From assembly GCF_964355755.1 (NCBI RefSeq), contig NC_092671.1, positions 17,732,001 through 17,796,000 on the forward strand: 64,000 nt of DNA, given 5' to 3'. A program made the translations under genes and the position numbers. The stretch comes from Antedon mediterranea (lineage: Eukaryota; Animalia; Echinodermata). Shown here in pieces: positions 42,901-53,060 of this stretch. Within the stretch, counting starts at the first letter, position 1, and every line of letters begins with the position of its first letter. The notes under the pieces are model-generated. The model searched no databases. It saw only the letters and a list, made by a program, of their open reading frames with translations, and was not told where the DNA came from.

Positions 42901-45900
42901 GTACTAAAAATAAATCAGTAAGTGGCCGAGCATTTAAAGACAGTGGAACTGTTATCCATCCTTATAGCAAGGGTTCGAGGCTCACTCGAACACTTGATTA
43001 CATGGTAATTCTGGTTGTAGAACGAGTCTTCTCAAATAAGGAATATAAACTGTAGGTCTAGTGTACATAAAATGTACATCTTTTGAGATTAGTAGGGTGT
43101 TACCCGGTGTACTAGCTCACACAGCCAATGTCGGACAGACAAAATTCGGGACGAAATTGCACTGGTTGGCAGCATGTGACCCTTGGGTTGAAAAGTGTAT
43201 CATCTAAGTCCACAGCGCCATATGGCGCTATATCAAACTCCATCATTATTATTATTATACCTACTTATGATTCATGTACCAAATTTGTTATATGTTTTAT
43301 TTGAAACTAATTTAAAATGATGTAAAATCGCTGAAAACAACTTGTTTTTATTTATTCGGACAATATAATCACTCTTACTTCAGTAAGTAGACAGAGCTTT
43401 ATAATATATTATCTTGATGAATATATTGAATGACTAGCTCAAAGTACTTACTGTAAAAACATTAATAAATCATATTAAGATGACACACGACTATATCTAT
43501 TAGGTCATCTATGCATTAAAAAATAAATACATAAATCATACAGTAGTTGAACATACAGTTATGAATATCTGCATATCAAACATTTTAGTTTTGTAAGGAC
43601 ACAATACAAACTGAATAAATTACAGAATAGAATTGCGGCAGGGGGGGGGGGGGAAAGGATTAGCTCTCCAAGGAACCCTATTATTGGTGTTGCTCATGTT
43701 TTTGAGCCCCTTAAGCTATGGGGTCCCTGGGTTTAGCCAGTGAGCCCTCACTGTGAACTGCTTTAATCTTTTTTTTGTTTGTTTTTTTCAGACAAATGCA
43801 GGAGGAAGAATCAAACTCATTATCTAGTAATGACAGGCCTAATAGGGACAGGCAATCCGGGGTAAGTAAAGTAAGGCTATCACATACCTTGGCCTCCAGT
43901 ACATGGGGGTCTGAATATGTACTGGTTTTGTTGTAAGAAGATTATGAATTTCAGTATTGTACTGTACTTAAATTATTTCCTTATATCAAAAATTAATGAG
44001 ACCAAATCCAAGACCAAATGATGAAATAAATTAAAATACTCCATCAAAATAGACACTTCTACATTTATTAATTTAGTGTAAAATGATAACAGATGACAAT
44101 GTCTGTTGCTAGAATAATTATTAAATTTAAGTTGCTTTTTGTTTGTGAAATGATGTTTGTTTAATTAGAATTAAATTTTCTTGACTAGTATGATTGTATT
44201 TGATGTGAATAACCTCTACAGAATTGGCATTCAGTAATTGTTGTTTTTTTAATTATCTATCATCATTTGATATGATGGAATGAATTAAATTATTTTCAAG
44301 CAAATGTTATTTTAATACTTATGACTCAGGATTAATATAGTGATTTCATTAAAAACATGTTTGTATTTCCATTATATTTGTTATTCAATTGTTTGATTGG
44401 TTTTATGTGCTGTGTTCTGTAATTATTTCTTTTTTTACATTTCCATAGAACGAGTTTCTGTCCACATCCATTTAAAGACCACATATTGTAGGTTTGTGGC
44501 TATAGTGGTCCTTGATTAAATCATTTCCAAATGTCTCGTCACCTGAAATTGCAAAACCTTGGCTGCAAAACCATGATTGTTAATTTGTACCCGATACACT
44601 GGCGGTATCACGTCTAATGATTTTAAACATCCTACAGTATCTCGTCTTCTGACTGTAAACTTGATCACATATGGCCTACTGTAGTATAGTGAGAGATTAT
44701 TGGAGGGTTAGGTTGTAGATTCTATATTCCTGTTTCCGTCTCATTACTGCATGATATTTAACGTCGCTAGATATGATACCGCTCAAGAATCGACTGTAAT
44801 TGGATTGTCCTCTTCATCGCATTGTTTCCTTTGTTTTTAAATTGCATGGTTGATAGCTAGATCATAACTTTGTCTTTTTCTTTATTGCATGGTTTGATGT
44901 TTAGCATGAATCTGTTATGTTACAACAAAAGTTGGATATAGCTAATCTTACCATTTCACATCTGACCGACGAAGTTGACAGGTTGAAAAAAGTATAGTAG
45001 TTTTTAATTCTATTTGATCATACAAATATGAAATGAGTCAAAAAGTAAAACAGTAATTTTATAGTTTTGTACGTTCAAAATATTACATATGAAGACTTAT
45101 ATATGGTACAGTAAATATTGATGAGGCTGCAACACTGTTCTGTCCATGACACAACATGGAAAGATGCTGTACATACCATAGCATGATATACACATGTCTA
45201 GGCCAGTTAGTCTGAAAATTACTAGCTACTGGATGTTGGGAAAGCGGGGAGGCAGAACAGAAGCTATGGGGTCTTTCCTTATAAAAAAAAAGGCCTGCTA
45301 CTGATTTATTGCGATATCATAATCATATTTCCTCCACATCATCATTATACTTATTCTATGTGTTTGTATATATTCATTCCTTATAGTTCAAAGTTTCATA
45401 AAATATGTAAAGATGATTTAATTTAGCTCTCAACTTTATTTGATAAATGTATGTACTGTACTATATTAATTAATATTCAGTATATTACTTGGCGATTTAG
45501 TTCTAATTTTGTTCTGTGCCTGGTAATATATATATGTAATATATATATAAATCCAAAGGCAAATTACTGAAAAAAAATGACAATGCTGTGGGTATCAGTG
45601 GCTGGATCTCAATGGAGATAAAAAAAAAAAGCGAAAAGCTTAATCAAAACGATAAACGATGTAATATATATATATATATATATAATTTGAAACGATAAAG
45701 ATGCGGAAATCTGTGAGAATGAGAAAAAGTTGCCCCAACCGAGACTCGAACTCGGACCGCCTGCTTGATATGCAGATGTCCTAACCATTAGACCACTGGG
45801 GCTTTCATGGTATTGTTCGAACTCGATTGGATAGCGACTCTTTAACATTCTCGGCGTGGTACGGCGGAACAGCACTAGTCCTCAGTTGTACGCACGCGCA

Positions 45901-47438
45901 CCAGAGATCAAATTGATACGCCCTCATCTTACAGTATTTTTATTCACGAGGCGGGATCTCCGAAGAGATACTTTTATATATATAAACAAATCAGACAAAG
46001 AACATTAATTCTAAACCGCCCAGTGATATACTGAAATTTAATTAATTAATTAATAAATTATATCACCGGGCGGTTTAGAATTAATGTTCTTTGCCTGATT
46101 TGTTTATATATATATATATATAAACACATCAGGCACAGAACATAAATTCTAAACCACCCGATGAAATACTGAAATTTAATTGATTAATTTGAAACGATAA
46201 GGATGAGGAAATCTGTGAGAATGAGAAAAAGTTGCCCAAACCGGGATTTGAACCCGGATCTTTTGCTTGTATATAAATACAGTATATAATATATTGGATT
46301 GTTATGATATTGTATATATGCTATCATCAAGGGTTGTTACTAATAAATTCTGCTCTCCAAATTGTTGACAATCACTGATGCACTACATCTATAGTCTTTT
46401 AAAAAGACTTTAGGAGTGGCATAGAGTACCTAGGACCCTGGAATCTGTAACCATATACAGTCTTTTTAACCAGACCTTTGAAGCATCATAGAGTACCTAG
46501 ATCATGTGATTTGTACCCTCATTTCCACTCCATCACCTATAGTACCACTAGATTGTTTTCAACAATGTTTTAAAATTGTTGTAATAATGTCTAAACTTAC
46601 TACATTTCCTTGCAGGAGGTATCAACATTAAAAGAAGATCTTTCACGAGAAAGAGATGAAAAGGGTGCATTGTTAAAAGCTATGACAAATATGGCAAGGT
46701 ACTATGTTAAGCTTTTCTAAATCTACTGACATTACTGCAAGGGCTTGACAGGAAACATTATTTTTAATCTTTTCATATGTTTTTTAAATCCAGACACAAG
46801 AGAAATAATTATGTGTACGTGGTGTGTAACATTTTTAAAAGTAGTGTTGTTCTACAATACATTTCCAGTTCATTTATAAATAATAATAAGTATAATATCA
46901 CAAAAGAAAATTACGTTTTATGATTTTTTCATGAACAATACAATTTTAGACAATCACCCATGCATCACTGAGATCATTGCTTTCTGGATGGATAACTAAG
47001 AACTGTATTTTCTTGTTTTTATTTGTAGTTATTTATTTCAACATAAGAATGGACGTGTTGTTATTAATTTGAGAGTTTTGTAACCAAAATATATAAACAA
47101 GACACAACTTCAAATTATACAATGATTATTATTATTATTTTAAATATTATCAGCTAATAAAACATCGTCAATGTATATTTTAGAAGACCATGTAAACATT
47201 ATTATACTGCAGTTACTGCAGTAGAATTAAAAAAAAACCTTTTTAACTTGTTTGTGCTGTAATATTTACCAAGCCAAGTGACTTTTTATTATATTAAGTA
47301 TCAGAAACCCAGAAACTTCTATATTAAAAAAACTAAATAAAATTATACATTAATGGAGTAACAAACGGTCAAACAAATTTTTACATGATTCCTTTGTGCA
47401 GTATTTTAAATACATTTCTGTTTTTTTTTCTCAGATAA
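25287..47438 (+). CDS. PAWR: PRKC apoptosis WT1 regulator (Par-4)-like protein, ~274 aa, 8 coding exons
   Basis: Exons 25287-25441, 25968-26208 (RRMREKRRGTGKV, cf. Par-4 RKLREKRRSTGVV), 32750-32869, 41353-41417, 43792-43861, 44905-44991, 46616-46698, 47435-47438; phases are consistent (825 nt). C-terminal coiled coil/leucine zipper ending GALLKAMTNMAR*. No ankyrin repeats, which argues against PPP1R12/MYPT. Confidence 0.75.
26930..27104 (+). mobile_element. 3' end remnant of a CR1/L2-group LINE
   Basis: T-rich 3' UTR-like stretch, AATAAA, then a (TGATA)n tail. Confidence 0.45.
27297..27465 (-). mobile_element. Older CR1-group LINE, 3' terminus (split by the younger element)
   Basis: On the minus strand: stem-loop tggtggg...cccacca, AATAAA and an (AAAC)n tail. 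Confidence 0.6.
27466..31746 (+). mobile_element. Near full-length, single-ORF CR1/L2-group non-LTR retrotransposon in PAWR-like intron 2
   Basis: ~480-nt 5' UTR ending in T42, intact 1147-aa ORF, 3' stem-loop (31568-31613), AATAAA and (TTAC)n tail. The 5' boundary is approximate and no TSD is seen. Confidence 0.9.
27950..31393 (+). CDS. LINE polyprotein: hydrophobic leader + 2A-like motif + PHD finger + APE endonuclease + reverse transcriptase
   Basis: GDVHSNPGP at aa 71-79; PHD CHVC..CFNC..FHASC..WCCHLC; APE motifs HVNARSL, VTETHL, GGGV, YRPP, GDTN, LDHI, SDH; RT motifs NYRPVSIL, QSGFR, DIQKAFD, GVPQGSILGPLLF, YADD, KYLG. Confidence 0.96.
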   Translation: MRSITIPLLFWLFALFHVTKHNVSDIPRYLQPHSNIKLLGHPYKKCKFSKSRVQYDHNSISTYNIDLTECGDVHSNPGPESNMNHNNNTNRNTPPIHCHVCERKIAKNRQQLKCFNCSRNFHASCVYINPHRFRTFFKNRSSDWCCHLCALPKLNDSFFSISSDTNENDALLNLDPLVCGINNDSSSNSDSIIDPAEVLKGKGMHFLHVNARSLLPKISELRTLVGGTKVAVIAVTETHLDSSITDNEIHIPDFQLYRRDRARAGGGVCLYFKSTLAITMRSDCNNANIEALWSEVHLPRTRPIIVGVCYRPPKQRHGEFIDGMDDIMEQLPRNSEIYIFGDTNMCSLKKDSNYIKFQQTLHISGMSQIMSEPTRICDSCESCLDHIITNSSDKLNKFGVLSIGFSDHFPIYATRHTQQQKHHTHKKVKIRSTKNYNREKFIRLLQETDWDNVHKAETVDCSWQAFCVNFTNVLDKVAPVKEVRIRHSSQPWMTPDILKIIKARDIYLKKFKRTRNLLYRTEYCKLRNQVQRNIKEAKQTHFIDKINTNRHNPKKLWKVIKDLGYQNKQNETASITLKINDKLCSEPNIIASHFNSFFTNVASDLVRKLPQRSYEFDVNSENFKKYYDGTDKFSLQPVNNDIVKKEILGLSINKSTGLDGIPARFLRDASEIIATPITRIINFSFETECFPNEMKLARVRPIYKKKSNLETANYRPVSILSVVSKIVEKIVHSQLNEFLERNKLLYRFQSGFRQSFSTDHCLIHLTDFIKTQTAKGKFTGILLIDIQKAFDCVSHDLLCKKLRKIGIESVSWFKSYLECRHQTVNIGGAVSEPSEIVCGVPQGSILGPLLFLIYVNDMPMSVSSLLMQYADDSAIVNAHHDPDIISKNLARDLSNCNKWLIDNNLSLHMGKTELMLFGPRMSLKNYTNFSVLYNGYTISLNSSIKYLGIELSNRLNSELIVSTIIKKVNGRIKFAYRNCRNFDRCIRKLIMEALALSHINYAISSWYWGTTADSRTKLQRTQNKVIRFILGKHSRYHITKDDYTFLGLLDVKTRAEQMTLQHVQTIYTKSCPDFMLNNFNRINHNHGTRGKDCNFIVPMNNYTVSKTFFFNAITLWNKLPIEIKNIFTHNSFKRTLKKFLLTNMQII
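31747..32110 (-). mobile_element. Older CR1-group LINE, ORF2 C-terminus and 3' UTR (decayed)
   Basis: Minus-strand translation SVFYVGP*LWSVISQELERKCTVSSFKYNYKKLL matches the GP.LWN...FK..LK end typical of CR1 ORF2. Confidence 0.6.
33040..33130. repeat. Dispersed repeat shared with 53340-53465
   Basis: aatattgga(c/t)gtgtc...gacacaggtttctagg(c/t)ccag...acacat(t/c)gattg present at both places. Confidence 0.65.
33962..34200. mobile_element. MITE family A, copy 3 (partial)
   Basis: ttaaagatgtattattcccc start; tttgaataggccattttg core. Confidence 0.6.
38655..39315. repeat. C-rich minisatellite, ~28-bp unit (ccccaacctccacctcatctcacccct)
   Basis: More than 20 diverged copies, almost no G on the plus strand. 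Confidence 0.95.
41445..41632. mobile_element. Tc1/mariner-type MITE
   Basis: aactctcccaatacc...ggtattgggagagttgactgTA inverted ends. Confidence 0.7.
41633..41803. mobile_element. Adjacent TA-flanked MITE (pogo-like)
   Basis: taccataa...ttatggta ends; internal aaaagaagccc / gggcttctttt repeats. Confidence 0.55.
42918..43258 (+). mobile_element. tRNA-derived SINE with Deu/Nin-like central domain
   Basis: A-box-like tggccgagc, B-box ggttcga, central gagtcttctc..ataagg..aaac..taggtc and agtagggtgttacccggtg, gcgctatat plus (ATT)n tail; homologous to 54096-54458. Confidence 0.75.
45545..45660 (-). mobile_element. Penelope-like element 3'/pLTR fragment
   Basis: Reverse complement of 58070-58180 (ccattgagatccagccactgatacccacagcattgtc...), bounded by (TA)n. 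Confidence 0.7.
45731..45802 (-). tRNA. tRNA-like gene, complete 72-nt cloverleaf, apparent anticodon ATC (Asp-like), inside a repeated element
   Basis: GCCCCAG TG GTCT AATGGTTA GGAC A TCTGC ATATCAA GCAGG CGGT CCGAG TTCGAGT CTCGG TTGGGGC A, followed by a T5 terminator. All four stems pair; A32 and the ATC anticodon are atypical, so it may not be a translational tRNA. Confidence 0.6.
45975..46268. repeat. Inverted and direct partial copies of the tRNA-bearing element end, separated by (TA)n
   Basis: aaacaaatcag(a/g)caaagaacattaattctaaaccgccc forward at 45984, reverse at 46060-46105, forward at 46122 continuing into a second truncated tRNA-like copy (46233-46268); a decayed reverse copy lies near 45485-45525. 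Confidence 0.85.
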
Positions 47439-49122
47439 GGAATGAGGATTTTAATGGAAAACTACTACTATTGAATCCTCTACTATATTTCCCATGCTTT
47501 ATCTGTTGCTATAGCAAAGACAGAATCATAGCTCAAGTTCTTTGAAGGTGGCCCTACGTTGACATGATTGGATAAAGCTGATTTCTAGAATTTATAGGTG
47601 CTATATAAAATATAAAATGGTGGGAAGCTGCATACTGTATATACCATTAATAACCGTGTGTTATTTACACTGTTACTCATCTTGAAAGTATAAACTTTAC
47701 AGATATTTAGGCCTAAATTTAAAAGAGACAATGATTATGATGTCTATAATTAAGAAAAGATGTTATTAAGATTTCGTTTACGAACCCTTTGCAGTGAATA
47801 CATGTGATTTTAAGAAATTGTTCAGGTTATGTAATATTTAGTTAAAATTCAAGCATTCATAGCTTGACTACAAGACTGTAGCCAGGAAAAGGGGTGGGGA
47901 ATCTTTAGTTAGTTAGAAGTGCCCTTTTCAACTAGAAACCAGCAGCAAAAATAATGGTATATGTACTAGGCTACAGTAGCTTGTGAAACTAACAACCTCC
48001 CTCCCCCTGGCACCTGGATATGCGCTTGGACTATGTATACAGGGTTTAAAAAACACTATACATAAATATTGTTGAAGAAGTGGACAAAATTACAATTTAT
48101 TATTTGAAAATTGTTAGTGATTTGTAAAATTATATATACAGATTAAAAAAATAATAATAATCAATAAAATTCAAAATACATAGTTATCAGAGGTGGGTTC
48201 AAACAATCACAGCAAAAGTAATTATAAATTACAATTAACCCATCTGGAAAAATCCTGGCTTGGTTTTATATACAAATAAGAAGAATAGAGCGTTACAACA
48301 TTATGACATTTTTGAAACAATTATAAAAATAATTTGCAATTACTGTATACTGTATCAGCACTTTTATTGAATAGCATATTTTAAGTTGATAGTTGTGGCA
48401 ATGTACAGCCATAGAATCTTTAAAATGTTTTAAATTTATTTTTGTGAAATATGCAGTGAAATATAAATGAATTAATTACTGTGCTATAAACATGCAGTGG
48501 CGTCCAATCAACTAAATTGAACTAATACATTGTGCTCAGATTTTACCCCACCTTGATATTGTAGTGTGTTTTATGATGTTATTTTTATTAAGTGTGTGTG
48601 TGGAATAATTGAGTGTGAATGAGTGGTTTACATACAAAATTAATTTGTTTTAATCCATTAATAGTTACAAGAATTATTGCTTTAATAGTATTAAAAAGTT
48701 TTAAAATTTGAACTTATATGTTCATTTGCACATATCTTTGTTTTAGCCATAAAATGCCAGAATTGTATTACTAATGTTTTATGGATACTTATACCTTTAG
48801 TAATAAAAAGTGGTGTAAACATTTGCACCAAAGATTATATAAATACAAGACACCTGATTCCATATAATAAACCTGGACAATACTTGGAAGGATATGTAAA
48901 AGTTCAATGAACAAATATTGAAATGCTATTAGCAATTCACGCAATCCCATTTTTGTTTAATATTTTACACTCGCAGTCCAATCTTTGGAGTCATGTGTTT
49001 ATAACTTGGTTCTCCACACATTATATACTGATGTCTATATTAGAATTAGAAAGAATTTTCGTGAAATAAAAATTTAGGCATTACACAAAACTGAATAAAT
49101 CAGATAGAGTAAAATCAGATAG

Positions 49123-49904
49123 AGTAGAACCACCCCTTCCTCCTCCCACACTTTCTTGTGAGACACCATAGCCACCCTTATTATAAAGAAGGCACTTTAT
49201 TGGTCAGATACAGTAGAACAACCCCTTCCTCCTCCCACACTTTCTTGTGAGACACCATAGCCACCCTTATTATAAAGAAGGCACTTTATTGGTCAGATAC
49301 AGTAGAACAACCCCTTCCTCCTCCCACACTTTCTTGTGAGTCACCATAGCCACCCTTATTATAAAGAAGGCACTTTATTGGTCAGATACAGTAGAACCAC
49401 CCCTTCCTCCTCCCACACTTTCTTGTGAGTCACCATAGCCACCCTTATTATAAAGAAGGCACTTTATTGGTCAGATACAGTAGAACCACCCCTTCCTCCT
49501 CCCACACTTTCTTGTGAGACACCATAGCCACCCTTATTATAAAGAAGGCACTTTATTGGTCAGATACAGTAGAACCACCCCTTCCTCCTCCCACACTTTC
49601 TTGTGAGACACCATAGCCACCCTTATTATAAAGAAGGCACTTTATTGGTCAGATACAGTAGAACCACCCCTTCCTCCTCCCACACTTTCTTGTGAGACAC
49701 CATAGCCACCCTTATTATAAAGAAGACACTTTATTGGTCAGATACAGTAGAACAACCCCTTCCTCCTCCCACACTTTCTTGTGAGACACCATAGCCACCC
49801 TTATTATAAAGAAGGCACTTTATTGGTCAGATACAGTAGAACAACCCCTTCCTCCTCCCACACTTTCTTGTGAGTCACCATAGAAGAAGGCACTTTATTG
49901 GTCA
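49123..49904. repeat. Young tandem array, 89-bp unit x ~8.7
   Basis: agtagaac recurs at 49123, 49212, 49301, 49390 and onward with only a few substitutions between units. Confidence 0.97.
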
Positions 49905-50569
49905 TGAAGGTGTCCCCTTACCAGCAGCTCTACTTTATACAATTATTAAAGAGCAATTAACAATAGAACCCCTATTAAGGGGACACCTTTGGGAACCAAA
50001 AAAGTGTCCCCTTAATAGGAATGTCCCCTGATTAAGGGTTGCCTACTGCAATATTACTAAATAACTAGATAACTATCACCCCAAGAAAATGTCAGCACAT
50101 AGTATAGATTATAAATAACAAGTATGCAAATTTATAAAAGTTAATGATATGCATTTATTTACTGTACATAAATAATTTCCTTGACCTTGATACAATATTC
50201 AGGGTAACATTAATTTTAAATAATTTTGTAAAAAACGTTTTTATCATTATAGTGACATATAAAATTATTGTATTTTTCATATTAACAAATATATTGCCAT
50301 ATCATTAATACTTGCCAAAATGGTGATTTTCCAGTATTGTACATTATTTCAATGATGATTGTTTATGATTACTACTGTACATCATGTTTATTTTGCAAAA
50401 TAATATGAACTTTGGATATGATATTAATGACATTTTGATAATGTAATTATTTGTTTATACTGTATTTAACTGAGTCCAATGATCTAAAATAATCATAAGT
50501 TATAATCATAAGTTAGGCTGAAACCCCACTCTAATGTTCATAATAGCCCCATACATGGAATTAAAAATT

Positions 50570-50842
50570 TATTGTCCCCTAAAAACCTGAAAAATGCAGA
50601 CTAATAAAATCATATTTTGAATAGGCCATTTTGTTCTGCAGAAAAAACAAGGTTATAAAAGAAAAAAACAAATGGTCAGTCAAACTCAACAAAAACACAT
50701 TGGCTGGCAGTCAATTGACTATTTTTTGTTTAAACTACATTTTTTTCAAGTAAATAATTTTTTTTATCCAGTTTTTGGTCGAAATGAATAACTATTATGG
50801 AAAATTTGAAATTTTTTTTTTAAGGGGACAATATATCTTTAA
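50570..50842. mobile_element. MITE family A, copy 4
   Basis: attgtcccct...ggggacaatatatctTTAA. Confidence 0.7.
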
Positions 50843-51319
50843 ACTATGTAAATTGCATAAGTAGTAAATGGATATTAAATTTATGTTTTGCTACTAACGA
50901 ATGGAACACTGTACATACATGTAGATTTACTGTGCTGTATACTTTTTTTATTGTTTATACTGAAGTGTAAGATAATAAAACCATGTTTTCTATGCATCAT
51001 TTTTTCTTTTTTAATTTGATGACAGTATTGGAATTGTAGAGAATTAGATAGTACAGATGTAATGGATGGAATTAATAAAACATCAATTAAAACATTAATC
51101 AAAATCAATTTTGTGTCCATTTTTTCCTTAATGTTGCATTATTACGTGATCTTATAGTATCATAGGAACAACTTTGATTGAAATACGGTTTTAAACAAAG
51201 TTTAGATTCATTTTTCACAATTACCAATAAACAAAATAAATAAATACATTTTTATTCTCTTGTAGTAGCTTGGTAGTTTTCCTGTTATTTAATCAAGAGG
51301 CGCAGAAAACATTATGCGA

Positions 51320-51720
51320 TTCTGCGCATGTCACATTATGATAATATAGTAACAGATTATGTCAAAGTATAAAAGGGTTGAAATTTGTCAGTTTTTCAAG
51401 GAAAAAATTCCTGTACTACATAATAGTACAAGGATTTTTTTTTAAATGGCCAAATGGTCAACTTTAAAAATGTGTATTGGTAGCATGCGCATGTCATTAT
51501 GATAATATAGTAACCAATTATGTCAAAACATAAAAGAAATTTGGCCATTTTTCGAATATGTCATTGTACTAATAGTACAGGGATTGTTTTTCAAAAGATG
51601 ACCAACATATTAATTAATTAAAATTTGTATTGAGGTGTGCAGAACACATTATGATATATAAACCGATTATGTAAAATATGAAAGGGTCGAAGTTATTTTT
51701 TTTGTCGGTTTAAAATTTGT
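51320..51720. repeat. Diverged tandem repeat, ~160-bp period
   Basis: cattatgata(a)tata..aac..attatgt.aaa recurs three times. Confidence 0.6.
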
Positions 51721-51913
51721 ATTGAGGTAAAAAAAAAAGAATAAATAAAAATTCATTCTTTTCTAGTAGTAAATAATAAAACAAACAAAAAATGTGTAAT
51801 GATAAATTCTTATAATTCAAAATATCTAAATAAATACATGTTTGCCACACAATATTCAATATTATACAGTACAGATATTAATTATAATTATACTAAAAAC
51901 GATCAAAACATTA

Positions 51914-52127
51914 AAACCTGTAGCTGAACATTTTGATTCAGCTGGGCTCTCAATTGCAAATTTCAGAGTTATTGCAAAGACAAGGAAAACAATTATGTTA
52001 TACCATAAAGCTCTGCCATTTGTTTTTGATTTTTCTTTTTGCTTATTTTATTTATGTATCCATTGAGATCCAGTCACTGATATCGACAGCATTGTCAGTT
52101 TTTCTGTAATTTGCCTTTTGATTTATA
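51914..52127 (+). mobile_element. Penelope-like element remnant (GIY-YIG C-terminal fragment joined to pLTR tail)
   Basis: KPVAEHFDSAGLSIANFRVIA resembles the PVAxHF...H motif of PLE endonucleases, followed by aaagctctgc and the same ccattgagatccag tail as at 58110. Confidence 0.7.
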
Positions 52128-52409
52128 AACTAAAAAAGTAAATATCTCGTAATAAGTATTCTAAAACATCCCGACATATTTCCATGGTACATTTGAATTC
52201 ATTCACAATTTAAAAACATAATACAACTTTACTCATTAAAAAATGTATTGCTGTAATCCTCAATGCACTTGGCTAGAACATACATCTGTATGAGCGCCCT
52301 TTTACTACAGTGCATGTCCACCTACACATCCGGTGCTGCTGCACATATTTCATGAAATATACTTCTATCTAATTATTGTATAATATTTTGAAATGGTTTA
52401 CATCAAACA

Positions 52410-52520
52410 CATCAAACTTTATGTGACAAAACAATGTGATGTGCCCATATTATATATAGACACAATGATGTCATATCACTACCATATTTGGGCACATCAC
52501 ACTTTTTTTTGTCAAACTAG
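52410..52520. mobile_element. MITE family B, copy 3 (reverse, ends eroded)
   Basis: atcaaactttatgtgacaaaa...catatcactaccatatttgggcacatcacac. Confidence 0.65.
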
Positions 52521-53060
52521 TAGACATACAAATGGATGTGTGATGAAACTATGTTTAAGTTTATGTAACTCATTTTTAAGTTTTAATAATAAAAACAAAT
52601 GGTCTGTTTTACAGTACAGAGTTTGCTCAATAACAACATACTTAAATGCCAAAAATTAAAAATATTTTTATCCATAAACATTTAAAATATACCTATTAAA
52701 ACTATTATTCTATTTGACAGATTAGTCAAAGGTCCAAACAAAGTATCCCCTGAATAGAAGATAATATAAATTGCTCCCCGTTTGTTTCACGAGTAGGTGT
52801 CTCCTTATGGCCGTAGTGTTAAAACATATTTCCACTTGTTTCGCAAAAAGTGTCCCCTTAATGGAGGAGTTTCAATGCAACAAACACTCTTACAAATTCT
52901 ATAAAAAGTCTTTAGATTAGAATGTGTTTCTTCCCAAATAAGTGACATGATAAAAGTATAATTCATTGACAGATAAAAATGATCATATTAATTACAGTGC
53001 TTTGTAGATATACAATAATATACACAGAATATTGTGTGTGGATTACTCAGTCTAAGGATG

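Noticed and set aside
45609-45875. 88-aa minus ORF
   Set aside because: Translation through the tRNA-like sequence and a TA microsatellite.
25287-47438. Assignment as PPP1R12/MYPT phosphatase regulator
   Set aside because: Shares RRxTG and zipper motifs but has no ankyrin repeats or RVxF region, and there is no room for upstream exons before HINT.
49123-49904. CRISPR-like regular array
   Set aside because: Units are identical end to end with no unique spacers; eukaryotic context with no cas genes.
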